A stretch of DNA of 64,000 bases from Trebonia sp. (GCA_035294225.1 DATGLH010000165.1:2831-66830), one strand, 5' to 3'. Counted from the stretch's first letter, positions 37,627 through 47,995 are shown. The notes: a model not told the origin generated them from the letters alone. Numbers and translations are program-made.

Positions 37627-38619
37627 CTAGCGTCCCCACCTCAGCCCGGGCGTTTCCACCGGCGCGTCCCACAGCCTGGTCAGCTGCCCGGTCAGGCGGC
37701 AGACCGTGACCGAGAACCCCTGCATCTCCAGGCTGGTGATGTAGTTGCCGACGAGGTTGCGGGCGATCCGGCCGCCGCGCGCCCGGATGTACTCGCGGAC
37801 CTCGTGGAACATGAGGTACAGCTCGATGAGCGGCGTGCCGCCCATGCCGTTGACCATGACGAGCAGGTCCCCGTCCAGCGGGATGTCCGCGCCGATCGCG
37901 TCCAGCGCGACCGCCGCGAGCTCGCGCGCGGACCGCATCGGGCCGCGCGTCCGGCCCGGCTCGCCGTGGATGCCGATGCCGAGTTCGACCTCCGAGTCGC
38001 CCAGCTCGAAGGTCGGCTTGCCGGCCGCCGGGGTGATGCACGGGCTGAGCGCGATCCCGAACGACCGGGACCGCTCGTTCACCTCCCGTGCCACCGCGGC
38101 GACGGAGGCGAGGTCGGCGCCCTCTTCGGCGAGCGCGCCGGCGATCTTCTCCACGAACACGGTGGCGCCGACGCCGCGGCGTCCCGCGGTGTAGAGGGAG
38201 TCCACGACCGCCACATCGTCGTTGACGATCACGCTGGCGACCTCGATGTCCTCATCTTCGGCCAGCTCGGCGGCCATCTGGAAGTTGAGCACGTCGCCGG
38301 TGTAGTTCTTCACGATGTGCAGCACGCCGGCGCCGCCGCTGACCGCCCGCGTGGCCAGCAGCATCTGGTCGGGCACCGGTGAGGTGAACACCTCGCCGGG
38401 GCAGGCGGCGTCGAGCATGCCGTAGCCGACGAACCCGCCGTGCAGCGGCTCGTGCCCGGACCCGCCGCCGGACACCAGCCCGACCTTGCCGGCTGTCGGG
38501 CCGCTGGCCCGCAGGATGACCTTGTTTTCCACGTCCACCCGCAGCTCCGGGTGCGCGGCGGCCAGGCCGGCCAGCGCGTCGGTGACTACGGTGTCTGCCG
38601 AGTTGATCAGTTTTTTCAT
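37627..38619 (-). CDS. dhaK: Dihydroxyacetone kinase substrate-binding subunit
   Basis: [34 protein letters not shown]. Confidence 0.95.
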   Translation of the reverse strand: MKKLINSADTVVTDALAGLAAAHPELRVDVENKVILRASGPTAGKVGLVSGGGSGHEPLHGGFVGYGMLDAACPGEVFTSPVPDQMLLATRAVSGGAGVLHIVKNYTGDVLNFQMAAELAEDEDIEVASVIVNDDVAVVDSLYTAGRRGVGATVFVEKIAGALAEEGADLASVAAVAREVNERSRSFGIALSPCITPAAGKPTFELGDSEVELGIGIHGEPGRTRGPMRSARELAAVALDAIGADIPLDGDLLVMVNGMGGTPLIELYLMFHEVREYIRARGGRIARNLVGNYITSLEMQGFSVTVCRLTGQLTRLWDAPVETPGLRWGR

Positions 38620-38941
38620 GTCGTCGCTCCGCTTACTCGCCGTTCCGGCCGGTCCTCATCACCCGGCACCTCAGGTGCCAGGCCGGTTCGCCGCGTCCGC
38701 GCCGATCCGCGCGGACGCCCGCGTAAGCGAGCCCGCCGAGCACCCCCCGACGACCTCACCGATCAGGCAGGCCGGTCCTTGCCCCCGGGAGACCGTTCCC
38801 CCGAACGCGTCCCGCATCAATACAGCACCACGGTAACGCGCGGGGCCGGTCGCCGCACCGGTGGCGGCGCGGGTAATCGGCGGGGCGCACCTTCGGCTCC
38901 CCGGAGCCGCCACGCGTGCGTTCGGGATACAAAAGGTTTTC

Positions 38942-39598
38942 ATGGTGCTCGTGACAGGCGTCGACGCGTGCGGGAGCGGCTGGGTCGCGGTCACGCTCAC
39001 GCCCTCCGGGGCGAGCGTCGCGGTCGCCGCGACGCTCGGCGCCCTGCCGCTGGCGGGCATCACCGGGATCGACATGCCGCTGGGCCTGCCCGCGGACGGC
39101 TGGCGGACCGCCGACCTGCTGGCGCGCCGGGCGCTCGGGAGGCGCGGCTGCTGCGTGTTCGCGATCCCGCCCCGTGCCGTGTGGGCGCGGGACTCCTACG
39201 CCGAGGCGAACAGGTGCTGCCGCGAGCTCACCGGCCGCGGGCTGTCCGCCCAGGCATGGGGGCTGCGCGGCAAGCTGCTCGAGGCCGACGGGTTCCGGCG
39301 GCAGGCGGCGTGCCGGCTGTGCGAGGTGCACCCGGAGCTGTCGTTCGCCGAGCTGGCCGGCGCGCCGCTGGCGGAGACCAAGCATTCGCCGGCGGGACGG
39401 GCCCGCCGCCGCGCGCTGCTGGCGGGCGCCGGCGTCCCCTTGCCGGCCAGCGTGCCGGGCGCGGCCGAGGACGACCTGCTCGACGCGGCCGCGGTGGCGT
39501 GGAGCGCGCGCCGGATCGCCGCCGGGACGGCCCGCGTGCTGCCCGATCCGCCCGCGCAGCGGGGGGACGATGGGCGCGAGATCGCCATCAGGTACTGA
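38942..39598 (+). CDS. DUF429 domain protein
   Basis: GVDACGSGW, GIDMPLGL, EVHPELSF, DDLLDA. Confidence 0.85.
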   Translation: MVLVTGVDACGSGWVAVTLTPSGASVAVAATLGALPLAGITGIDMPLGLPADGWRTADLLARRALGRRGCCVFAIPPRAVWARDSYAEANRCCRELTGRGLSAQAWGLRGKLLEADGFRRQAACRLCEVHPELSFAELAGAPLAETKHSPAGRARRRALLAGAGVPLPASVPGAAEDDLLDAAAVAWSARRIAAGTARVLPDPPAQRGDDGREIAIRY

Positions 39599-39715
39599 CG
39601 GCGACCCCGCGTCCCGGCCCTCCCCCTCTCAGGGCCGCCCCGCCCGCGCTGTCCGGGACATTGGGCCCAGTGTCTCATGTACGGTATTTCGGCGTATAGA
39701 GATTCATGTGCCGGT

Positions 39716-39995
39716 TAAGGCAGTCAAGGCAGTCAAGGCAGGCGAGGCAAAGGCGGGCCTGGTGGCTGGCATGGGACATGGCGCGGCGCGATAAGAACGG
39801 CGCGATAAGAACCGCGGCGGGCAGACGGCCTGGCGGCCCGCCGGAACGGGCGCGCGCGGCGGGCGGCGTCAGCCCCTGCCGCGCGCCAGCTCAAGCACCC
39901 CGGCGGACACCCGCTGGTGCGCCGCTGGTGCGCCGCTGGTGCGCCGCTGGGGCAAAGCTCAAGAGCCCCCGCCGCGCGCCAGCTCGAGCACCCGG
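39716..39995 (+). repeat. Cluster of short tandem and direct repeats
   Basis: AAGGCAGTC x2-3, GGCGCGATAAGAAC x2, CGCTGGTGCGC x3-4, and a ~32-nt imperfect copy of the 3' end of the downstream gene. Confidence 0.75.
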
Positions 39996-40972
39996 TCGCT
40001 GAGCACGGCCACCCCGGGCAGCGGCTCGCTCTGGTAGTAGCCGGGCTTGCGCTTGCGGAGCAGGCTTTCCCCGTGCTGGCTCCAGGTGAAGTTCCTGTTC
40101 CCGAGCACCCGCCGGAAGACGGCGTCGGCGTGGGCGGGGAAGGCCGCCGCCATCCGGCGCAGCGGCAGCGGCGGGATCGTGTCCTCGCGCAGGTAGGCCC
40201 GCAGCACGTTCGCGTGCTCGCGGTCGCCGGCAAGCTCCGGGTTGGCGAACAGCGCCCGGAGCATCCCGTACTCGGGCACGACCACGAACCCGTCGAGCTC
40301 GTCGTAGATGATGCCGACGGTGTCGAACTCGAAGAAGCCCTCGGGCATGACGAACGTGGTCTCGCCGGTGTCGCTGACCGCGCGGTGCCGTCCGCGCGCG
40401 GCCAGGGCCGCGTCCCGCCGGCGCCGGTAGTAGGCGTTCAGCCGTCCTTCGGCCTCGACCGTGGGCAGCACCAGTTCGTCGCTGCCGAAGAAGGCCAGGA
40501 ACTCCTCCCGGTCCCGCCGCATGTGCTCCCAGCCCTGCTTGACCTTCTCCGGGTTGCGGAACACCAGGTCCGGCTCCCGGGTCGCCATGTCGATCGCGAG
40601 GCGCGCGACCTGCCGGGAGTCGGTACTCGGGTAGAACGTCTCGGCGCCCGAGGCGAGCCATGCCTCGTCGTCGTCGGTCAGCGGGAGCAGGGTGCCGGCG
40701 ACGAAGCTTCCCGGGGACGCCGGCCGGGCGAGGCCGTAGCCGCGGTAGCTGAGGTCGTCGACCAGGTTGAGCATGGTGACCGCCCCGTCCGCCGCCGCGC
40801 GGACCTCGAAGACCCCGCGTACCGCGTCATCGGCCCAGCGGAGCAGCATCTCGCGGTCCGCGCGGGCCAGGCCGGCGCGGGCGGCGGTCAGCCGGCCGAT
40901 CGCGGTCAGGCCGCCTGCCTGGGTCAGCGCGCGGCGGAGCGCCACGCCGCGATCGATCAGCTCCGGGCCCAT
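39959..40972 (-). CDS. Conserved actinobacterial hypothetical protein
   Basis: Protein-like composition with LVFRNPEK..QGW, FFGSDELVL, FTWSQHGE.LLR. Confidence 0.7.
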   Translation of the reverse strand: MGPELIDRGVALRRALTQAGGLTAIGRLTAARAGLARADREMLLRWADDAVRGVFEVRAAADGAVTMLNLVDDLSYRGYGLARPASPGSFVAGTLLPLTDDDEAWLASGAETFYPSTDSRQVARLAIDMATREPDLVFRNPEKVKQGWEHMRRDREEFLAFFGSDELVLPTVEAEGRLNAYYRRRRDAALAARGRHRAVSDTGETTFVMPEGFFEFDTVGIIYDELDGFVVVPEYGMLRALFANPELAGDREHANVLRAYLREDTIPPLPLRRMAAAFPAHADAVFRRVLGNRNFTWSQHGESLLRKRKPGYYQSEPLPGVAVLSDRVLELARGGGS

Positions 40973-41015
40973 GGAATGGACTTTATCCCGGGCGGCCCGG
41001 GCAGGGCGCCGCCAG

Positions 41016-41092
41016 CCCGGGAACCGCTACCGGGCGGGTCCTGCCCGGGAACCGCTACCGGGCGGCTCCCGCGCGGGAACCGCTATCCGGCG
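41016..41092 (+). repeat. Imperfect direct repeat x3
   Basis: GGGAACCGCTACCGGGCGG twice, then GGGAACCGCTATCCGGCGG. Confidence 0.75.
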
Positions 41093-43350
41093 GCTCCCGC
41101 GCGGGCGGCCAGCCGCGTCAGCCGGGCGAGCAGGGCGCCCGGCAGGCCGGCCGCGCGCAGGCTCTGGATGGTCCTCCGCAGCGTCCTGGCGTCGGCCCGG
41201 TCCACCGTGATTCCGCGCGTGCCGAGGATGTCAAGGAACACGTACAGGTCGATGAAGCAGCGTTCGGCCGAGACGGTGACCGTGAGATCATCCCGGCCGA
41301 ACAGGTCCATGACCCGCCGGCGGGTGAGCGTGCAGCCGGCCGCGTGCGGCGGGTCGTCGTAATACGGCGGCCCCTCGTCCCCGGGTATGTCACCGTAGTA
41401 ATAGAGCATGTAGCCACGGCATTCGCTCCGCGTCTGCGGCTGGGCCGCCAGCGCGGCGCAGAACTCGCGCAATGCCCAGCCCGAGCCGGCATGGCACATC
41501 GCCCACAGGATGCTGTTGCGCAGGAAGGCGGTATCCTCTTCCGCCGCCATTCCCCGCAGCCATTCCTCGCACGGGTCGATCACCCTGGATATCAGGTAGA
41601 TGAGCAGGCTGCAGACCGAGAGCCGGTCCTTGTCCGGGATGCCCGGCATGCGGCGGACGGCCGTATAGGAGCCGAGCAGCGTCTCCCTGAGGCTGGTGTC
41701 GTTGCTTACCCGCAGCTGGCCGATGAGGTATTGCCTTATCTCGCGCGGCAGGCCGCCCTTGAGCGTCTCGGCGAGGTCCGCCGGGCCGGGCTTGCGCAGA
41801 ATCCGGTCGCAGACCTCGCGGGCGACAAGGTACTCGTAAAACGAGTAGTGGATGAACTGCCCGGTCTCCCGGCCGTGCGAGCTGCCGCGTTCGATGATCT
41901 GATCGAGCACCCTCCTGGCATACCGGTGGGGCAGCAGGTCGGGCAGCCGCGGTTCTATGTCGGCGAGCGGGATCATGTCGGTCGCCGTGCCGCCTGCCGA
42001 GTAGATGATCCAGGCGGCGGCCTGCCATAGCTGGAGCGCGCCTCCGGTCAGCACCCCCTGGCTTTCCAGCGAGTAGTCGGTGACCCGCGCGAGCTTGGTC
42101 AGGTATTCCCCGTAGAAGGACACCGGGTCGCGCAGCCCCCGTGCCAGCTGCCCGCCGACGAACGTCAGCATCCGCGCGTACAGCGGCCTGCTCACCAGCC
42201 GGGCCAGATCGGCTGAGCCGCGCACCGCCTCGTACAGGTTCGGATCGGGCAGCAGGCCCGCGCGGGCCAGCCGCGACAGGTACTCCTGGAAGTCGGTCTC
42301 CAGCGTCCACGGCTCGATCACGTACACCTCGTCGAATCCCGGATCGGCGAATCCGCCGGACACGAGCTCCTCGTACTCGCGGACGCGGGACGATACGACG
42401 TAGGGGCCGGCCGAGAGCAGGTCCCGCAGGTCCGCGGCGAAGCGCCCCCTGTCCTGGGCGATGAGCTCGACGGCCTCGTCGAGCCCGTCGAGCAGCACGA
42501 CGACGCGCGGCCCGCCGCTCTCCCTGATGCTCCGCCACCCCTCCCGCGCCAGTATCCCGGCGGCGTCCCGGGCGCGTACCGGGACCGGCGTCAGGCCCGC
42601 CGCGAGGCACGCGCCGGCCAGCTGGTACATCGCGACCGTCTTACCGGAACCCGGCTCGCCGAGCAGCAGCACGGTACGGCCTTCCTGGAGGAAGCCGATG
42701 ACCTCCGCGAGGCCTGAGGGCTGATGCGACGCCTGCCGCTCGTGGTACCTCCCGAGTTTGGCGGGGACGATGAGCCCTGCCGTGCGCAGCTGCTCCAGGC
42801 TCATGTCAAGCGGGTAGGCGGTCCGCCGCCTGCCCAGGCGGCGGAGGTGATACTCCGCCTCGAACTCGGCTTCGGCCTCAGACCGCGAGCCGTCGGCCGC
42901 GGACCGTGAGCCGTCGGCCGCGGTCCGGGGCTCCGCCTCGGGCGCAGCGCCGTCCTCCCTGATCAGCGCGCGCAGGACGGTGAGCAGGTCGCGGCTAAGG
43001 GGTTCCTTGCGGTAGTTCCGTTCCCAGGTCCAGCGCTTGTTCCGCAGCTTGGCCACCGCGTGGTGCCGCTCCCGGACGGGCACGCCGGACCAGGGTCCGG
43101 TGCCGAACAGGATGCTCGCCGCGGCCCGGTCGGCAGCGTTCAGCCGGACGTTGATCACGTTCTCGAGCAGCTCGATGAACACCTGGGCGCGGACCGTCCG
43201 GGGCGCGTCCGGACCTGCCCGCACTTCCACCGCCGGCAGCTCTATCAGCGGCGAGGTCTCGAGCTCGGCGGCGTAGACGCCTGGTGTGATCAGCGCGCGC
43301 AGCGCGGCCGCGAACGACTGCATCTGCTCTTCTGACGGGAAGTCATCCAT
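41083..43350 (-). CDS. NACHT/STAND NTPase with an unassigned N-terminal domain and helical C-terminus
   Basis: Walker A GEPGSGKT, Walker B LLDGLDE, SSR sensor, RPLY, FIHYSFYEYL. Confidence 0.82.
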   Translation of the reverse strand: MDDFPSEEQMQSFAAALRALITPGVYAAELETSPLIELPAVEVRAGPDAPRTVRAQVFIELLENVINVRLNAADRAAASILFGTGPWSGVPVRERHHAVAKLRNKRWTWERNYRKEPLSRDLLTVLRALIREDGAAPEAEPRTAADGSRSAADGSRSEAEAEFEAEYHLRRLGRRRTAYPLDMSLEQLRTAGLIVPAKLGRYHERQASHQPSGLAEVIGFLQEGRTVLLLGEPGSGKTVAMYQLAGACLAAGLTPVPVRARDAAGILAREGWRSIRESGGPRVVVLLDGLDEAVELIAQDRGRFAADLRDLLSAGPYVVSSRVREYEELVSGGFADPGFDEVYVIEPWTLETDFQEYLSRLARAGLLPDPNLYEAVRGSADLARLVSRPLYARMLTFVGGQLARGLRDPVSFYGEYLTKLARVTDYSLESQGVLTGGALQLWQAAAWIIYSAGGTATDMIPLADIEPRLPDLLPHRYARRVLDQIIERGSSHGRETGQFIHYSFYEYLVAREVCDRILRKPGPADLAETLKGGLPREIRQYLIGQLRVSNDTSLRETLLGSYTAVRRMPGIPDKDRLSVCSLLIYLISRVIDPCEEWLRGMAAEEDTAFLRNSILWAMCHAGSGWALREFCAALAAQPQTRSECRGYMLYYYGDIPGDEGPPYYDDPPHAAGCTLTRRRVMDLFGRDDLTVTVSAERCFIDLYVFLDILGTRGITVDRADARTLRRTIQSLRAAGLPGALLARLTRLAARAGAAG

Positions 43351-43498
43351 CGCTCACTCACAGTAGGCTCCACCAAGATCATAGCCGCCGCCTCCCGGCG
43401 TCCCCGTATGCCCTGGCCAGGACATAATTCGACGGTTTCCGACGAGTCCCGGCGTCCTCATCCGGTTACAGGCCGTTAAATAGCGGCACTGTAGTTTT

Positions 43499-43882
43499 AT
43501 GGCCACATACCTGCTGTTCGGGACCGCCTGCCTGGTCCTCGGGATGGCAGTCGGCGCCCTCGTCGCGATGATCTACTGCGCTGCGGCGATCTCCCGCAGC
43601 CAGGAACGCATGCAGCGGAAGGTGCGCGAGGCCTGGGACGAGGCGCGGTACTACCGGGAGAGGCTCGGCAGCCGATGGCCTCGCAGGGACCAGCGAGGCC
43701 GCTGGGAAACTTGGTTACTAGCCGGACCGGAGAGGCCGGCGCGGGCCGGCGGCTCGGGCCGCCGACGCGGGTTGGCGCGGGGTCGGCGCGGGTCGGCGCG
43801 GGTCGGCGCGGGTTGGCGGCGGGCCCGCGCGGCGGCAGGGACAGCCCCGGCGGCAGGGACAGCCCCGGCGGCAGGCGGATGA
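43499..43882 (+). CDS. Small single-pass membrane protein with a coiled coil; repeat-derived tail
   Basis: Hydrophobic N-terminus then SRSQERMQRKVRE; 3' part made of 10-nt and 18-nt tandem repeats. Confidence 0.5.
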   Translation: MATYLLFGTACLVLGMAVGALVAMIYCAAAISRSQERMQRKVREAWDEARYYRERLGSRWPRRDQRGRWETWLLAGPERPARAGGSGRRRGLARGRRGSARVGAGWRRARAAAGTAPAAGTAPAAGG

Positions 43883-44371
43883 ATGCAGCATTCAGCCGCC
43901 TATTACCGGCTCGATGTCACATCCATCCGGCGCCGCCGCGGCCGGTGCGGCCAGGGGGGGACGCCGCCGCGGCCGGTGCGGCCGGCGGGGCACGGCCGTC
44001 TGCTGCGCGGGCGCACGGGAGTGACGCTGTTGGCCAATCCCAGGGAGCAGGCACATCCTTTCCCGCGCCCTTTCCCCGCCTGCGTGCCCGCTCTGGCTAG
44101 TTCACCATGAACGTGAAAGATTTTTATACCTATAACCATTTTTTCCTTCATGATGAAGGATTTTTCGGTATTAATCGGCTGGCCTGCGGCTGTCATCGGC
44201 TTGTGGCCGGTCCCATTTGTGGCCGGTCCCATCCGGCGCGCATTTCCCGGGAGGCGCGGGGAACGCGATCACATCCGGCCGGTCCCCGTAAGCGGGCCGG
44301 CGGCACCGGGAACTAAGCGGGCCGGCGGCACCGGGAACGCCGTCAAGCCAGGGCACATGCCCGTTGACGGG

Positions 44372-45118
44372 TCAGTGTGTCACGGTGCCGCCCAGGAACG
44401 ACTCGACGAACGCCGGGCTGGCTGCCAGCTCGGCCGGCGTGCCCTCCATCCGGACCTGCCCGCCGGCCAGCACGTAGGTCCGGTCGGAGATCGCGAGCAC
44501 CGCCCTGGCCCGCTGCTCGACAACCAGTACCGAGGCGCCATCCTGCGCGAGGCGGCGGACGTGCTCCTCCAGCAGCGCGCGGGCAATGGCCGGCGCGAGG
44601 TTGGCGGTCGGCTCGTCCAGCAGGAACACGGACGGCTCCAGCATCAGCACGCGGCCCATGGCGAGCATTTTCCGCTCCCCGCCGCTCAGCTTGCCCGCGT
44701 GCCTGGTCAGCATCGAGCCGAGCCGCGGGAAGACCGCGATCACCCGGTCGACCCGGTCCCGTACCTCCTTCGGGCGCAGCAGGTAGCCGCCCATCTCCAG
44801 GTTCTCCCTGACGGTCAGCGGCGCGAACACGTCATCCACCTGCGGCACGTAGCCGACCCCGGCTCTGGCGACATCTTCGGGCGGCCAGTTGGTCACGTCC
44901 GTCTCGCCGACGGTGACGGCGCCGGCGCTGACGCGCACCACGCCGACGAGGCTCTTGAGCAGGGTGCTCTTTCCCGAGCCGTTGGCGCCGACCAGCGAGA
45001 CGACCTCTCCGGGGTCCGCATGCACCGTGATATCCCGGATCACCGGGTCGGCGCCGTAGCCGGCGGTCACTCCGGCCGCCCGCAGCGGGGCGCCGCGGGA
45101 CGCTCGCTCAGCCGACAA
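44372..45118 (-). CDS. Liv-type ABC transporter ATPase (LivF-like)
   Basis: GANGSGKS, LSGGE, LLDEP, VEQ. Confidence 0.92.
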   Translation of the reverse strand: MSAERASRGAPLRAAGVTAGYGADPVIRDITVHADPGEVVSLVGANGSGKSTLLKSLVGVVRVSAGAVTVGETDVTNWPPEDVARAGVGYVPQVDDVFAPLTVRENLEMGGYLLRPKEVRDRVDRVIAVFPRLGSMLTRHAGKLSGGERKMLAMGRVLMLEPSVFLLDEPTANLAPAIARALLEEHVRRLAQDGASVLVVEQRARAVLAISDRTYVLAGGQVRMEGTPAELAASPAFVESFLGGTVTH

Positions 45119-47132
45119 GGTAGGCCTCCACGACCTCGGTCCGGCTCCTCAGCTCCGCCATGGTGCCCTCGGCCAGCACGGCGCCCTCCGCCATGGCCAC
45201 CACGGGGTCGCAGAACTCGTCCATGATGGCCAGTTCATGCTCGACCATGAGCACGGTCAGGCCGCCGGCGGCGAGCGCGGTGAGCTCGTTGCCGATCCGC
45301 CGGGCCAGGCTGGGATGCACGCCCGCCATCGGCTCGTCGAGCAGGAGCACCCGCGGTTCGGCCATCAGCGCGCGCATGATCTCCACCAGCCTGCGCTGGC
45401 CGCCGCTGAGGTCCCCGGCATAGCTGTTGGCGTGCCCGTCGAGGCCGAACCGGGCGAGCAGGGCCTGTGCCCTGGCGATCGCCGCCGCTTCGTCGCCGCG
45501 CCAGTACCGCGGCCCGGCCAGCGCGCCGCGCAGGGAGTCGCCCCGGTTGCCCGGCACCGCTGACAGCAGGTTCTCCAGCACGGTCAGCCGCTTGAACTCG
45601 CTGGCGAGCTGGAACGTGCGGACCAGGCCGAGGCGGGCACGGCGGTACGCGGGCAGGCTCGTGACATCCTGTCCCTGGTACAGGATCCGGCCCGCGGAGA
45701 CCGGGAGGGTTCCGGCGAGCATGGCCAGCAGGGTCGACTTGCCCGCGCCGTTGGGGCCGATCAGCCCGGTGAGCGTTCCCCGCCGGACCGCGAACGAGAC
45801 CCCGGCGACGGCCCGCACTCCCCCGAACTCGCGTGCTACGTCGACGGCCTGCAGCACGATCTCCCGCCCGGCGGCCGGCCCCGGCGGCCCGGCGGCCGGC
45901 CCCGGCGGCCCGGCGGCCGGCCCCGACGGCGCCGACCCGTCCGGCCAGGCACCGGCGGGCGCGGTGGTCGCCGGGCGGCGGCCCGGCGCCCCGGCGGTAC
46001 CCGGCGCCCCGGCGGTGCCCGGCGGCACCGCGGTGCCCGGCGGCCGCGAGGTCCCCGGCGCCCCGGCCGCCGCGGTCCGCGCCCCGGCCGCGGCCGGCGG
46101 GGTCCCGGCCGCCGCTGGCGCCCCGGCCGCCGCGGTCGGTGCCCCGGCCGCGGCCGGCGGGCCGGGTACCGTGAGCGCCGCGGCCCGGATGACCCGCTTG
46201 GGCTCCGGCAGTATCCCCTGCGGCCGGAACCAGAGGAACACCACGATCAGCAGCCCGATCGCCACCCACTCCAGGGACGGGATCAGGTTCGGCGGAAGGC
46301 CGTTCGAGGAGGGGATGTACCGGGTCACCTCCTCGAAACCGACCGGCACGAGCACGGCCCCGAGGATCGCGCCGAGGTGGTTCCCGGCCCCGCCGATGAT
46401 CACCGCCGCGAACAGCACCACGGTCTCGGCGTACCCCCACGCCGCCGGCGACCAGGTGGTGATGTAGGAGACCAGGATGCCGCCGCTGAGCCCGGCGATC
46501 GCGCCGCCCGTCACCAGCATCGCCGTGCGCAGCGAGAGCAGGTTCTTGCCCAGGGAATCGGCGACGACGTCGTTGTCCCGCATGGCGCGCAGCGAGCGGC
46601 CGTACGGTGACTCGGTGATCCGGCGGACCAGCAGGTAGACCAGGGCGCACACGACGACCGCGACCGCGGCGAGCGCCCACTGGTAGCCGGACGACTGCGG
46701 GTTGTACTCCCCCTGCAGCGGCTGGGGGATCAGCGAGAGCCCGGCGTCCCCGTTCAGCAGCGGCCGGTAGTTCGTGACCAGCAGGTTCAGCAGCACCGCG
46801 GTGACCAGCAGCCCCACGGCGGCGAAGTCGCCGCGCAGCCGGCGGCCGACCAGGAACGTGAACGGCAGCGCGATCAGGCCGCCGGCCACGGCCGCGCCGA
46901 TCCACGGGACCGGGAACGGCAGGTTCCAGCCGCCGATGTAGGACTGGAACCCCCCGTTGGCCGACTGGTCCGGCAGCGCCAGGATGGCCGCGGTGTAGCC
47001 GCCGGCCGCCTGGAAGATGATGAATCCGAAGTTGGTCACGCCGGCGATGCCGAACTGCTGGTTCAGGCCGAGGCACGCCATCGCGTCGACGGCGGCGTAG
47101 ACGAGCAGGTTGATGAGGTAGTACGAGTTCAT
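45108..47132 (-). CDS. Liv-type ABC permease-ATPase fusion (LivM-LivG-like) with a long Pro/Ala linker
   Basis: LRGDF, SPYGRSLRAMRDN permease; GPNGAGKS, LSGGQ, LLDEP, VEH. Confidence 0.9.
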   Translation of the reverse strand: MNSYYLINLLVYAAVDAMACLGLNQQFGIAGVTNFGFIIFQAAGGYTAAILALPDQSANGGFQSYIGGWNLPFPVPWIGAAVAGGLIALPFTFLVGRRLRGDFAAVGLLVTAVLLNLLVTNYRPLLNGDAGLSLIPQPLQGEYNPQSSGYQWALAAVAVVVCALVYLLVRRITESPYGRSLRAMRDNDVVADSLGKNLLSLRTAMLVTGGAIAGLSGGILVSYITTWSPAAWGYAETVVLFAAVIIGGAGNHLGAILGAVLVPVGFEEVTRYIPSSNGLPPNLIPSLEWVAIGLLIVVFLWFRPQGILPEPKRVIRAAALTVPGPPAAAGAPTAAAGAPAAAGTPPAAAGARTAAAGAPGTSRPPGTAVPPGTAGAPGTAGAPGRRPATTAPAGAWPDGSAPSGPAAGPPGPAAGPPGPAAGREIVLQAVDVAREFGGVRAVAGVSFAVRRGTLTGLIGPNGAGKSTLLAMLAGTLPVSAGRILYQGQDVTSLPAYRRARLGLVRTFQLASEFKRLTVLENLLSAVPGNRGDSLRGALAGPRYWRGDEAAAIARAQALLARFGLDGHANSYAGDLSGGQRRLVEIMRALMAEPRVLLLDEPMAGVHPSLARRIGNELTALAAGGLTVLMVEHELAIMDEFCDPVVAMAEGAVLAEGTMAELRSRTEVVEAYLVG
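45868..46165 (+). repeat. In-frame tandem repeats encoding the Pro/Ala/Gly linker
   Basis: CCGGCGGCCGGCCCCGGCGGC (21 nt) x2-3, 18-nt and 21-nt imperfect units. Confidence 0.75.
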
Positions 47133-47995
47133 GCGCGGGTCCCGAGCAGTCCGGCCGGGCGCACGCCCAGCATCAGGAGCAGCACCGCGAACGCGATCAC
47201 GTACTTGTAGTCGGGCGTGATGTAGGCGGCGCTGATCTCGGTGGCCAGGCCGATGATCACCGCGCCGAGCATGGCGCCGTAGGCCTGCCCCGGGCCGCCG
47301 AGGAACACGGCCGCGAGGATCAGGATGAGGAACAGGTCGGTGGCGGTGGCGTCGAAGCTGCCCGCGTCCATCGCGAACACCACGCCGGCCAGGCCGCACA
47401 GCGCCCCGGTGACCGCCCAGGTGATGGTGATGACGCGGCCGGTCCTGATCCCGCAGTTGCGGGCCAGCGTCCTGTTGGCGGCCGTCGCCCGCATCGCCTT
47501 GCCGAGCCTGGTGTAGCGCAGCAGGACGTGCGTCCCGGCCATGACGAGCACGCTCAGCCCGATGACGGCGAGCTGCACCGCGGACAAGACGAGCCCGCCC
47601 GCGCGCAGCGACGGGCCCGGGCTCATCGTGTAGGAGACGCTGGTCCCGCCGGCGAGCGCCTGCACGCCGAACTCGATGATGAGCGTCATGCCGAGCGAGA
47701 CGATCACCATCGTGATCGGCGATGTGCCGCGGCGCTGGAACGGCGCGTACACGCCGGCGTTGAGCAGCACCGACCCGGCCGAGCAGGCCGCGGCCGCAGC
47801 GACCAGGCCGATCCAGACCGACACGCCGAGCGAGTTGATCACGTAGGCGATGAACGCGCCCGCGATCATGATGGCGCCGTATGCCAGGTTCAGCACGTCG
47901 GTCACGCCGAACTGCAACGTGAAGCCGACCGCCGCGATGGCCAGGACAGAGGCGGTGACCAGCCCGAATCCGAGCGAGGCCAGGAAGATGGTCAT
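47129..47995 (-). CDS. Liv-type ABC permease (LivH-like)
   Basis: AVGFTLQFG..NLAYG, TRLGKAMRA, LGGPG. Confidence 0.9.
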   Translation of the reverse strand: MTIFLASLGFGLVTASVLAIAAVGFTLQFGVTDVLNLAYGAIMIAGAFIAYVINSLGVSVWIGLVAAAAACSAGSVLLNAGVYAPFQRRGTSPITMVIVSLGMTLIIEFGVQALAGGTSVSYTMSPGPSLRAGGLVLSAVQLAVIGLSVLVMAGTHVLLRYTRLGKAMRATAANRTLARNCGIRTGRVITITWAVTGALCGLAGVVFAMDAGSFDATATDLFLILILAAVFLGGPGQAYGAMLGAVIIGLATEISAAYITPDYKYVIAFAVLLLMLGVRPAGLLGTRA

